Shown: positions 35,123-43,464 of the stretch, in pieces
Layout: the number at the start of each line of letters is the position of its first letter
Numbering within the stretch: the first letter of the stretch is position 1
Source of the DNA: Thermoplasmatota archaeon
GTDB lineage: Archaea; Thermoplasmatota; Thermoplasmata; UBA10834
Direction of reading: 5' to 3'
Assembly: GCA_040751795.1 (NCBI GenBank)
Contig: JBFMHR010000003.1
Span: forward strand, 160,001 to 224,000
DNA length: 64,000 bases
Position numbers and translations under genes: made by a program
The notes under the pieces: generated by a model
Databases searched by the model: none
What the model was told of the DNA's origin: nothing
What the model saw: only the letters and a program-made list of their open reading frames with translations

Positions 35123-35136
35123 GGAAGGTTTAATAC
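35123..35136 (+). promoter_or_regulatory. BRE/TATA promoter of tRNA-Phe
   Basis: GGAAGG-TTTAATA about 40 nt upstream of the tRNA. Confidence 0.65.
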
Positions 35137-35170
35137 CGAGGTACGCCTAACTGCCAATCCCCACCTGAAT

Positions 35171-35243
35171 GCCGTGGTAACTCAGTTGGGAGAGTGCAAG
35201 ACTGAAGATCTTGAAGTCGCTGGTTCAAGTCCGGCCCACGGCA
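35171..35243 (+). tRNA. tRNA-Phe(GAA)
   Basis: GCCGTGG/CCACGGC acceptor; CAAGA-CTGAAGA-TCTTG anticodon arm; GGTTCAAGTCC T-arm. Confidence 0.95.
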
Positions 35244-35330
35244 CTCGATTCCATACTGGCCGGTCCGCGCCGCGCCCGGGAATAGCTTCATGCCGGCGCA
35301 AGCGCTTCGAGGCCCGAGGAGGGACGTGCG

Positions 35331-35768
35331 ATGCCGATCAAGTCGTTCGAGCTCGTGTCGATGGACGCCAAGAGGTTCACCAAGCTGGGGGAGCGCCCCC
35401 CGCAGCTCAGGGTCGACCACAACACCTCGGTGACGAGCATCTCCGCCCAGTCGGAGAGGGACGCGCTGATCGACTTCACGTTCACGGTCAGCTACGTGGG
35501 GGTCGGCCTGATCAAGATCGACGGCCGCGTCGTCTGGGACGGCGAGGCCAAGGCGGTCGCCTCGCAGTGGGCCAACAAGAAGGAGCTCCCGCCAGAGGTG
35601 TTCAACCCGATCCTCGGCGCGATATTCGCCAACTGCATGCCCGCAGCCGTCGTGGTGGCCAAGGACCTCAGCCTCCCGCCGCCCCTCCCCCCGCCGCAGA
35701 TCGCGATGAAGCAGGGCGCGAAGCCGCCCAAGGCCAAGGACCACAAGTCCTCGATGGAAGTCGCGTGA
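35331..35768 (+). CDS. Conserved archaeal hypothetical protein, possibly SecB-like fold
   Basis: Genome-typical codon usage; four beta strands followed by a helix and LPPPLP, as in the SecB fold; RBS GAGGAGG. Confidence 0.55.
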   Translation: MPIKSFELVSMDAKRFTKLGERPPQLRVDHNTSVTSISAQSERDALIDFTFTVSYVGVGLIKIDGRVVWDGEAKAVASQWANKKELPPEVFNPILGAIFANCMPAAVVVAKDLSLPPPLPPPQIAMKQGAKPPKAKDHKSSMEVA

Positions 35769-35775
35769 GCCGCCG

Positions 35776-38154
35776 TCACCTGATGTGGTCCAGGGAGAAC
35801 GAGCCGATGTTGAGCCCGGACTTGGTGGCGGAGTACCTTATGAAGGCGCGGGACTGGACCTCGCATATGCCCTTGACCGCGAGGAACGTGTTCAGGTTCT
35901 CGACCTTCAGGTCGATCATGCCGTCCATGAGGGACCCGAGCATCTGGATCTCCTGCTCGCCGTGGACCCCCTTCTCGATGGTGAACATGGAGACGGCCCG
36001 GTCCCTCTTCCTCCTGCCGACGACCGGGCTCAGGAACCTGAACGCGGTGTTGGGGTCCAGGTAGGCTATGAGGGTCGATATGGACCTGAAGCCGAGCCTG
36101 TAGTACTCGTGCTTCGACTTGAACTCCTTGGCCGCGTTCTCGATAGCCTTCTGGATGGACTCGTAGTCGGTCGGGGCCTCGACGTAGTCGGTGTACGGGT
36201 CCTGGGACTCGTCCCCCATGCTCCTCGAGTAGGTGTCGATGTACCTGACGAGTCCGCGCTTCTCGTACTCCTCGTAACCGGAGAGCACGAACATCATCTC
36301 CTCGCGCATCTCCTTGGGCGACTTCTCGGTGATGACCCAGATCGCCGGTATGCCCTTCTTGAGGCCGTCGGCGATGAACGAGTTCACCAGCACCTCCTTG
36401 CCGGTGAAGGGCGGGCCGTAGATGAGCACGTTCGAGCCGAAGGGTATGCCGCCCAGGAGCAGGTCGTCCAGCCTCGCGGTCCCCGTCTTGACCTTCTCGA
36501 CCTTGAGCTCCATGAGGCGCTCCTGCTCGCGCTTCTCGATCTCCTCGCCGATGACCCCCTGCTCCCTCGCCCTCAGCTCCTCCTCCTTCATGGCGAGGTA
36601 CTTCTCCTTGTTCCTGATCTCCTCTTCCTTCTGGGTGACCTCGGCCTTGAGCTCCTCCAGCCTCTTCTTGAGGGTGATCTCGTCGCTGGAGCCGACCTCC
36701 ATCTTCTGGTGCGCGACCCTCTTCAGCTCCTCCTGCAGGAGCCTCTCCCTGTACATCAGGTCGTCCTCGCGCCGGTTCATCTCCTGCTCCTTGTAGGCGA
36801 GGGGCTCCTTCAGCTTGGTCATCTCGTCCTCCCTGATGCGGAGCTCCTCCTTCAGCCGCTCTATCTCCCGGTCGCGGATGCTCACGGAGCTCTCCAGGCC
36901 CTGGGCCTGCTCCAGCTTCTTGATGAGCTCCGGGTCCATGCCGGCCTTGCCGCTCTCGGCCATGGCCAGCCGCTCCTCCACGTGCTTGATGTCGAGCTCC
37001 GACTGGGACAGCTTGGCCTGGAGGGAGTGTATCTCGTCCATCATCTCCTTCTCCTTGGCCGCCGTGGCCTCGACCTGCTCGAGGGACGCGCCCGAGTCCC
37101 TGGGCACGGGGGTGTAGGAGAACAGCCCCTCCTTGAGGGCCTCCTCCTTCGCCCTGAGCTGGTGCTCGAGGGCGTCGACCTTGGCCTTCCTCTCGGTCAG
37201 CTCGATCTCCTGCCGCCTCAGCTCCTGGACGTCGGGCGGCGAGGCCGCGATGCTCTTCTCCGTCTTGTCCCTGAGGCCGGCGACGAGGGTCTCCAGCTCC
37301 ATCACCTTGAGCTCGAGGTTCTCCCTGATCGACATCTCGGTGGCGAGCTGGTCCGCCAGGTTGACGGCGTCCGCCCCGCTCGCCTGCTGCTTCTTGATGA
37401 ACTTGATGACCGCGATGCTCCCGCGTTTGACGTTCTCGAGCTCCTCCTCGAGCTGCCTCCTCTGGGCCTTCCCCGCCTCCACCTCGGCCCTCGCCTTCGC
37501 GAGCTCGTCCACGACCGCGGAGGGGTCGAACCCCTCCACCTGGAACTTGCCCAGGAGCGCCTTCAGCGACTCCCGCAGCTCCACGATCTCGGCCTGCTGC
37601 TCCAGGATCTCCTCGGGGTGCTCCAGGGCCCCTTCGCCCGTCTTCTTTATGGGCGACTCGGTGAGCCAGGAATCCAGCCCCTCCTCGTCCCCGGAGAGCC
37701 ACTTGGCGAGCGTCTCGTCGTGGGGCAGCTCGGGCTCGTCCGCGACTGCGGGTTTCGGTTCCTCGCCCTCCCGTCCGGACAGCCAGGAGGAGAGCCCTTC
37801 GTCCTCCCCGGAGAGCCAGCTCGCCAGGCCTTCGTCCTTGGGGGCGGCGACGGCGTGGGCGCTCTCGATGATCTTCGCAGCGAGCTTGTCGCCGATGCCC
37901 TTCACGTTCGCGAGGTCCTCCGGCGTCGCCTTCTGGAGGTCGTCAACGGAGCGGTAGCCCGCCTTGTACAGCTCGTGGGCCTTCGCGTCCCCGATGCCGG
38001 GGACGGACATGAGCGCCTCGACCCCCTCGCTCTCTGACGGCGCCGCCCCGGGCCCGAGCGGCTCGGAGCAGTTGGAGCACACCTGCGCGTCGGGGGGCGA
38101 AGCCTCCCCGCACTTGGGGCAAACGATGTCCTCCTTCTGTTCCTTCTTCGGCAT
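35776..38154 (-). CDS. Zinc ribbon + HhH + LxxWL repeats + coiled coil + degenerate RAD55/KaiC ATPase domain
   Basis: CPKCG..CSNC; VPGIG/VKGIG HhH pair; TGTARLDDLLLGGIP.GSNVLIYGPPFTGKEV; LMDGMID. Confidence 0.82.
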   Translation of the reverse strand: MPKKEQKEDIVCPKCGEASPPDAQVCSNCSEPLGPGAAPSESEGVEALMSVPGIGDAKAHELYKAGYRSVDDLQKATPEDLANVKGIGDKLAAKIIESAHAVAAPKDEGLASWLSGEDEGLSSWLSGREGEEPKPAVADEPELPHDETLAKWLSGDEEGLDSWLTESPIKKTGEGALEHPEEILEQQAEIVELRESLKALLGKFQVEGFDPSAVVDELAKARAEVEAGKAQRRQLEEELENVKRGSIAVIKFIKKQQASGADAVNLADQLATEMSIRENLELKVMELETLVAGLRDKTEKSIAASPPDVQELRRQEIELTERKAKVDALEHQLRAKEEALKEGLFSYTPVPRDSGASLEQVEATAAKEKEMMDEIHSLQAKLSQSELDIKHVEERLAMAESGKAGMDPELIKKLEQAQGLESSVSIRDREIERLKEELRIREDEMTKLKEPLAYKEQEMNRREDDLMYRERLLQEELKRVAHQKMEVGSSDEITLKKRLEELKAEVTQKEEEIRNKEKYLAMKEEELRAREQGVIGEEIEKREQERLMELKVEKVKTGTARLDDLLLGGIPFGSNVLIYGPPFTGKEVLVNSFIADGLKKGIPAIWVITEKSPKEMREEMMFVLSGYEEYEKRGLVRYIDTYSRSMGDESQDPYTDYVEAPTDYESIQKAIENAAKEFKSKHEYYRLGFRSISTLIAYLDPNTAFRFLSPVVGRRKRDRAVSMFTIEKGVHGEQEIQMLGSLMDGMIDLKVENLNTFLAVKGICEVQSRAFIRYSATKSGLNIGSFSLDHIR

Positions 38155-38425
38155 CCTGCCTCTCCTTCCGTCGTCACAAGGCCGTCAGTCGATAGGGGGG
38201 CGCCACCTCGGGTCGCACGCGCCAGACCTCTCCGCGGGGCCGGTCCAGCCGCGTCCTCTGAACGCATCTAAATAACCTGGCCGGCATATATATAGTTGCG
38301 TGACCGGGCATCGCCGCCAGTGTCCCGGGCCCGCGCGCGCGCCCCGCGGACGCCCGCCCCCCGCGGCCGCGGCGCCGTTTTTCGTCCAAAGCGCAATAAG
38401 CCCCCGCACCGATTCCCGGGCGCAG

Positions 38426-40831
38426 ATGCCCGAGGACGAGAAGAGGCCCAAGAAGGAGCGCATAGGGGTGTACGTGTGCCACTGCGGCACCAACATCGGC
38501 GGGACGGTCGACTGCAAGGCCGTGGCAGAGTACGCCCAGTCCCTGGAGGACGTCGTCGTCAGCAGGGACAACGTCTACACCTGCTCCGAGCCAGGCCAGA
38601 ACCAGATCGTCGAGGACATCAGGGACCTCGGCCTGACCAAGGTCGTCGTGGCCTCCTGCTCCCCCAAGATGCACGAGAAGACCTTCAGGAAGACGCTCCA
38701 GGACGCGGGCCTCAACCCCTACGTCCTCGAGATGGTCAACCTCAGGGAGCAGTGCTCATGGGTGCACAAGGACAAGGTCGAGGCGACCAAGAAGGCCAAG
38801 GACCTGGTCCGGGGCGGGGTCCGGAGGGCCGGGCTGCTGGAGGAGCTGGTCCCGGCGGAGGTCTCCATGTCCAGGGAGGCGCTCGTGGTCGGGGCGGGCA
38901 TCGCCGGCATATCCGCGGCGCTCCAGCTGGCCAACTCGGGGTACAGGGTGCACCTCGTCGAGAAGAGGACCTCGATCGGCGGGAGGATGGCCCAGCTCAG
39001 CAAGACCTTCCCCACGCTCGACTGCGCGCCGTGCATCCTCAGCCCGAGGATGGTCGAGGTCGCGTCCAACCCCAACGTGACTCTGTACACGCGTGCCGAG
39101 GTCGTCTCCGTCGAGGGGTCGCCAGGCAACTACAGGGCCAGGGTGAGGGTGGCGCCGCGCGGCGTCGACCCCAAGAAGTGCACCGGCTGCGCCAAGTGCG
39201 AGAAGGTCTGCCCGGTCAAGGTCCCCAACGAGTTCGAGGAGGGGCTGTACGAGCGGAAGGCGATCCACAAGCCGTTCCCGCAGGCGGTCCCGGCGTGCTA
39301 CGTCGTCGACTTCGAGAGCTGCAAGGAGTGCGGCGCCTGCGAGAAGGTCTGCACCGCCAAGGCGATCGACATGGACGAGGAGGAGAGGACGGTGGACCTC
39401 GAGGTCGGCGCGATCATAGTCGCCACCGGGTTCGACCTCTTCGACGTGAGGAGGCTCGGCGAGTACGACACCTCCCTCCCGGACGTCATCACCGCGACGC
39501 AGATGGAGCGCCTCATGATCAACGAGTGCGGGGCCGGCATGGTCCTGAAGAGGAAGGCGGACGGGAACAGGGTCAAGAAGGTCGCGTTCGTGCTCTGCGC
39601 CGGCTCGCGGACGAGGAAGGTCGGGGTGCCTTACTGCAGCAAGGTCTGCTGCAACTACGCCATCAAGCAGGCAGTGATACTCCGCAAGACCTTCCCCTAC
39701 ATGCAGGTGTACGTCTACTACATCGACGTGAGGTCCGCAGGGCGCGGCTTCGAGGAGTTCTACGTCCGCTCGATGGAGGAGTTCGGGGTGAGGTACATCC
39801 ACGGCAGGGTCTCGGACATCCAGAAGGGCGCCTCCGGGATCATGGTCCGGGCGGAGGACGTCACCCTCGGCGAGATCGTGGAGAACGAGTTCGACACGGT
39901 CGTGCTGTGCACGGCGATGGTCCCGTCCGCCGGGACGGAGGCCCTGGCCAAGGTGCTCAAGGTCCCCCTCGGCGAGGACGGCTTCGTGTCGGAGAAGCAC
40001 CCGAAGCTGGACCCGGTGTCATCGCACAGGAGCGGCGTGTTCGCCGCCGGGGCCGTCCTGGGGCCGAAGGACGTCCGGGACAGCGTCGTGGACGGGAGGA
40101 GCACCGCGGCCCACGTCATCGAGTTCCTCGGGTCCGGCAGGATGCTGCTCGACCCGGTGAAGGCCCAGATCGTCGACGCGTCCCGGTGCACAAGGTGCGG
40201 CGCCTGCGTTGAGGTATGCCCCGTCAGCGCCGTGACGCTGGACGACCTCCCGCAGGTCGACCAGATCGCATGCATCGGCTGCGGCGCTTGCGTGTCCGAA
40301 TGCCCGGTCAGCGTGTTCGAGCTGGCCCACTACACCGACAGGCAGGTGGCCGCCGCCGTCGAGGGGCTGCTCTCCGAGCCGTCCGAGGACGTGCGCGTCC
40401 TCGGGGTGTTCGGCGACGTCCTCGCGTACGTCGCGGCGGATACGGCCGGCACCGCGAGGATGGAGTACCCGCCGGCCATCAGGATCCTGAGGCTTCCGTC
40501 AGCGGCCAGGTTCGCGAGGAGGGAGATCCTGGGCGCCTTCGCCGCCGGCGCGGACGGCGTGATGCTCTCGGACGAGGAGGGCGGGGAGATGGCCCACGTG
40601 GTCGAGGAGCGGCTCAGGGCCCTCGGGCCTGAGCTGGACGCGCTCGGAATAGGCAAGGAGCGCGTGACCTTCGTCCCGATGCTCCTCCCGATCTACAAGG
40701 TCCTCCCGAAGTTCGTCGACACGTTCGAGAAGAAGGTCCGGCAGCTCGGGAAGCTGAGCGAAGGGGCGAGGAAGGGGGCGCGAGAGGCCGCGGCGAGGCA
40801 GGCGGACCCGGTCTTCGGGAGGAAGGGGTGA
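38426..40831 (+). CDS. hdrA: Heterodisulfide reductase subunit A with a fused MvhD-like C-terminal domain
   Basis: GVYVCHCGTNI, NLREQCSWVH, GAGIAG, KTFPTLDCAPCIL, inserted ferredoxin, CAGSR..YCSKVCC, C-terminal 2x[4Fe-4S], AADTAGTARMEYP..GADGV. Confidence 0.92.
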   Translation: MPEDEKRPKKERIGVYVCHCGTNIGGTVDCKAVAEYAQSLEDVVVSRDNVYTCSEPGQNQIVEDIRDLGLTKVVVASCSPKMHEKTFRKTLQDAGLNPYVLEMVNLREQCSWVHKDKVEATKKAKDLVRGGVRRAGLLEELVPAEVSMSREALVVGAGIAGISAALQLANSGYRVHLVEKRTSIGGRMAQLSKTFPTLDCAPCILSPRMVEVASNPNVTLYTRAEVVSVEGSPGNYRARVRVAPRGVDPKKCTGCAKCEKVCPVKVPNEFEEGLYERKAIHKPFPQAVPACYVVDFESCKECGACEKVCTAKAIDMDEEERTVDLEVGAIIVATGFDLFDVRRLGEYDTSLPDVITATQMERLMINECGAGMVLKRKADGNRVKKVAFVLCAGSRTRKVGVPYCSKVCCNYAIKQAVILRKTFPYMQVYVYYIDVRSAGRGFEEFYVRSMEEFGVRYIHGRVSDIQKGASGIMVRAEDVTLGEIVENEFDTVVLCTAMVPSAGTEALAKVLKVPLGEDGFVSEKHPKLDPVSSHRSGVFAAGAVLGPKDVRDSVVDGRSTAAHVIEFLGSGRMLLDPVKAQIVDASRCTRCGACVEVCPVSAVTLDDLPQVDQIACIGCGACVSECPVSVFELAHYTDRQVAAAVEGLLSEPSEDVRVLGVFGDVLAYVAADTAGTARMEYPPAIRILRLPSAARFARREILGAFAAGADGVMLSDEEGGEMAHVVEERLRALGPELDALGIGKERVTFVPMLLPIYKVLPKFVDTFEKKVRQLGKLSEGARKGAREAAARQADPVFGRKG

Positions 40832-40973
40832 GCCGCGCGCTGCAGCGCGCCGGCGCCCGCGTGCCTTCGCGCACGCGTGGCCGGCCGTCCAGCCACCTCC
40901 TGTAAACATATTTATATCGAGATTTTCCATAGGAACCATGTCCTGCGCCAGGCCGAGGGCGGGGGTGTCCGGC

Positions 40974-41141
40974 ATGCAGAAGAAGATCCTCGTGAAGATC
41001 AAGAAGGACGGCTCGGAGCTGAGCCTCCGCGAGGTGCTGGACAAGATCAAGGAGCTCCAGGACCAGAACCCCGACGAGGACGTGTTCTTCGACGGGGACG
41101 AGTACGCCATATGCGCGAGGCCGCGGAAGGCCGCGCCCTGA
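40974..41141 (+). CDS. Small conserved hypothetical protein (55 aa)
   Basis: Typical codon usage; GGGGGTG RBS; upstream TATA (TTTATAT near 40912). Confidence 0.65.
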   Translation: MQKKILVKIKKDGSELSLREVLDKIKELQDQNPDEDVFFDGDEYAICARPRKAAP

Positions 41142-41201
41142 CCGCCGCCGGTTCCCATGTTCTAATATCCGCCAAGCGATAGGGTACCGGACGGCCGTCC
41201 C

Positions 41202-41732
41202 ATGCCAGGCAGGGTGACAATCGGATTATACAACTCCTACGACCCGGTCAAGTTCCGCGAGGCCCACAGGCGCGTCCTCGCGAGGGTCGGGCCGCTCGCC
41301 CTGGCGTTCGACTGCAACCTGGCCACGTTCGGGTTCCCCTACGACAAGGAGCTCTCCACGCCGGTCGAGATAGCCAAGTGGGTCTCCACGACCACGACCA
41401 TCGGGGAGGGCGGGGAGTACCTGATCGAGCTGTCGGAGAAGGGGAGGTTCTCGGCGTTCGACTACCCGAAGAAGGGGTTCCCTCCCCAGCTGGGCGAGGC
41501 GGTGGTGACGACGAGGAAGCCCGTCAAGGGGAGGTCCGTGTCGCGGGAGCAGGTCAGGTCGACGCTGGGGTCCGGGAGGTCCGTCCTCCTGGTTTTCGGC
41601 CTCGGCCCCCACGGCCTCCCGAAGGAGGTCTTCGAGCTCTCGAGGATGCACATGGACGTGACGGGGAGGGGCATGTCCCTCGAGACGTGCACGGCCCTCG
41701 GCGCGGTGGTCGGCTCGCTGCTCGGGAAGTGA
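41202..41732 (+). CDS. DUF531 family protein (SPOUT-like methyltransferase)
   Basis: TIGLYNSYD, EAHRR, TTIGEGG, GFPPQLG, FGLGPHGLP, SLETCTALG. Confidence 0.8.
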   Translation: MPGRVTIGLYNSYDPVKFREAHRRVLARVGPLALAFDCNLATFGFPYDKELSTPVEIAKWVSTTTTIGEGGEYLIELSEKGRFSAFDYPKKGFPPQLGEAVVTTRKPVKGRSVSREQVRSTLGSGRSVLLVFGLGPHGLPKEVFELSRMHMDVTGRGMSLETCTALGAVVGSLLGK

Positions 41733-42755
41733 TCAGTACGCCGTGTACGCGAGCCCCAGCTCGGGCACCCTGACGCCCTTGCCCTTGTCCACGCGGCCCA
41801 CGACCTTGGCGCCCTTGCCGGCGGCCTTCCTGACCGCGTCCGCCTCGGAATCGGGGACCACGAGGCAGTAGCCCATGCCCATGTTGAACGTCTGGTACAT
41901 CTCCTGGTCGGGGACGCCGCCGAGCCTCTGGATGACTCCGAACACGGGGTTCGGCCTGACGGGGTCGTCGAGCTCGAACCCGACGCCCTTCTTGAGCCTG
42001 ATGAGGTTCCTCAGCCCCCCGCCTGTGATGTTGGCCATGCCGTGGACCTCGTGCCCGTCGAGGATGCGCAGGACCTTCCTAACGTAGATGGTCGTGGGCT
42101 CGAGCAGCTCGAGCCCGAGGGGCCTCGCGAGCCCGCCGACCCTCTTCCTGTAGCCGACGCCCGCCCCCTCGACCACCTTCCTCGCGAGGGTGAGGCCGTT
42201 GGAGTGGACCCCCGAGCTGGGCAGCGCGACAATGGCGTCGCCTGGCCTGATCCTCTGGCCCGTGACGATCCTGTCCTTGTCCACCACCCCGAGGCACGTG
42301 CCGGCGAGGTCGAAGCCCTTGACGAGCTCCGGGAGGACGGCTATCTCCCCCCCGATTATCGTCATGTTGGAGAGCCTCGCGCCGGCCTCGAGGCCCTTGC
42401 CGACCTCGGAGGTCTTCCTCTCGTCGGGGACGTCTATGGCGATGTAGTCCACGAACGCGACGGGCTCCGCCCCGACGCATATCGTGTCGTTGACGTTCAT
42501 GGCGATGCAGTCTATGCCCACGGTGTCCCACTTCCTCATCTCGTCGGCCACGAGCAGCTTCGTGCCGACGCCGTCCGTGCAAAGGGACAGGGCGACGTCG
42601 CCCAGGTCGATGAGGCCGGTGAAGTGCCCTGGTAGGTCGAGCGGCCTCCCGAACCCCTTCCTCTTGAACCTGAGGTGCTCGACCAGGGCCGAGATGCTCC
42701 GGGACTTCCTGTCGATGTCCACTCCCGCCTTGGCGTAGGTCATTCCCTTGGGCAT
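41733..42755 (-). CDS. purM: Phosphoribosylformylglycinamidine cyclo-ligase
   Basis: YAKAGVD, TDGVGTK, GIDCIAMNVND, SSGVHSNG, ITGGG, TFNMGMG. Confidence 0.95.
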   Translation of the reverse strand: MPKGMTYAKAGVDIDRKSRSISALVEHLRFKRKGFGRPLDLPGHFTGLIDLGDVALSLCTDGVGTKLLVADEMRKWDTVGIDCIAMNVNDTICVGAEPVAFVDYIAIDVPDERKTSEVGKGLEAGARLSNMTIIGGEIAVLPELVKGFDLAGTCLGVVDKDRIVTGQRIRPGDAIVALPSSGVHSNGLTLARKVVEGAGVGYRKRVGGLARPLGLELLEPTTIYVRKVLRILDGHEVHGMANITGGGLRNLIRLKKGVGFELDDPVRPNPVFGVIQRLGGVPDQEMYQTFNMGMGYCLVVPDSEADAVRKAAGKGAKVVGRVDKGKGVRVPELGLAYTAY

Positions 42756-42846
42756 TCCGTACCAGCCTCTGACCGGGCGATTGCGTATTGTGCCTATACC
42801 TTTTTCCTAGTGCTAGATAACGATAAATCCGCCCTGCGGGTATCCC

Positions 42847-43464
42847 ATGCCCGTGACAAAGGCCTGGAGGGCCGAGCGCAGGAAGGACTTCTACTACCGC
42901 AAGGCCAAGAAGGAGCACTACAGGAGCAGGGCCTCCTACAAGCTCAAGCAGCTCGACTTCCGCTTCGCGCTGATAGAGCCCGGGAACACTGTCGTGGACC
43001 TGGGCGCATCCCCCGGGGGGTGGTCCCAGGTCGCCGTCGAGCTGGCGGGCCCAGGTGCGAAGGTCATCGCGGTCGACATCGACCGCTTCGCCCCGATAGA
43101 GGGCGTGACGTTCCTCAGGGGGGACATAAGGGAGGAGTCGGTTGTGAAGAGGATCCTCGAGCTCGTCCCGGAGGGGGCGGACGTCGTCCTCTCGGACATG
43201 TCCCCGAACATCAGCGGGAACTACTCCTACGACCACGCCCGCTCGGTCGAGCTCTGCGAGCACGCCCTGGCCGTCGCGGTGAGGGTCCTGAAGCCGGGCG
43301 GCGACTTCGTCGCCAAGATGTTCTCCGGCGACATGAGCAGGCCCTTCAACGACAGGGTGAGGCGCCTGTTCGAGGAGTTCCACACCAACCACCCGAAGGC
43401 GTCCAGGACGTCAAGCTCGGAGGTCTACGTCCTCGGCCTCGGGTTCCGGCCCCCGCGCCGCTAG
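42847..43464 (+). CDS. rlmE: 23S rRNA 2'-O-methyltransferase (FtsJ/RrmJ)
   Basis: YRSRASYKL, DLGASPGGWSQ, VLSDMSP, FVAK, SRTSSSEVY. Confidence 0.93.
   Translation: MPVTKAWRAERRKDFYYRKAKKEHYRSRASYKLKQLDFRFALIEPGNTVVDLGASPGGWSQVAVELAGPGAKVIAVDIDRFAPIEGVTFLRGDIREESVVKRILELVPEGADVVLSDMSPNISGNYSYDHARSVELCEHALAVAVRVLKPGGDFVAKMFSGDMSRPFNDRVRRLFEEFHTNHPKASRTSSSEVYVLGLGFRPPRR

Noticed and set aside
38426-40831. HdrA as evidence of methanogenesis
   Set aside because: HdrA is widespread in non-methanogenic anaerobes; no mcr/mtr/hdrBC genes are in the window
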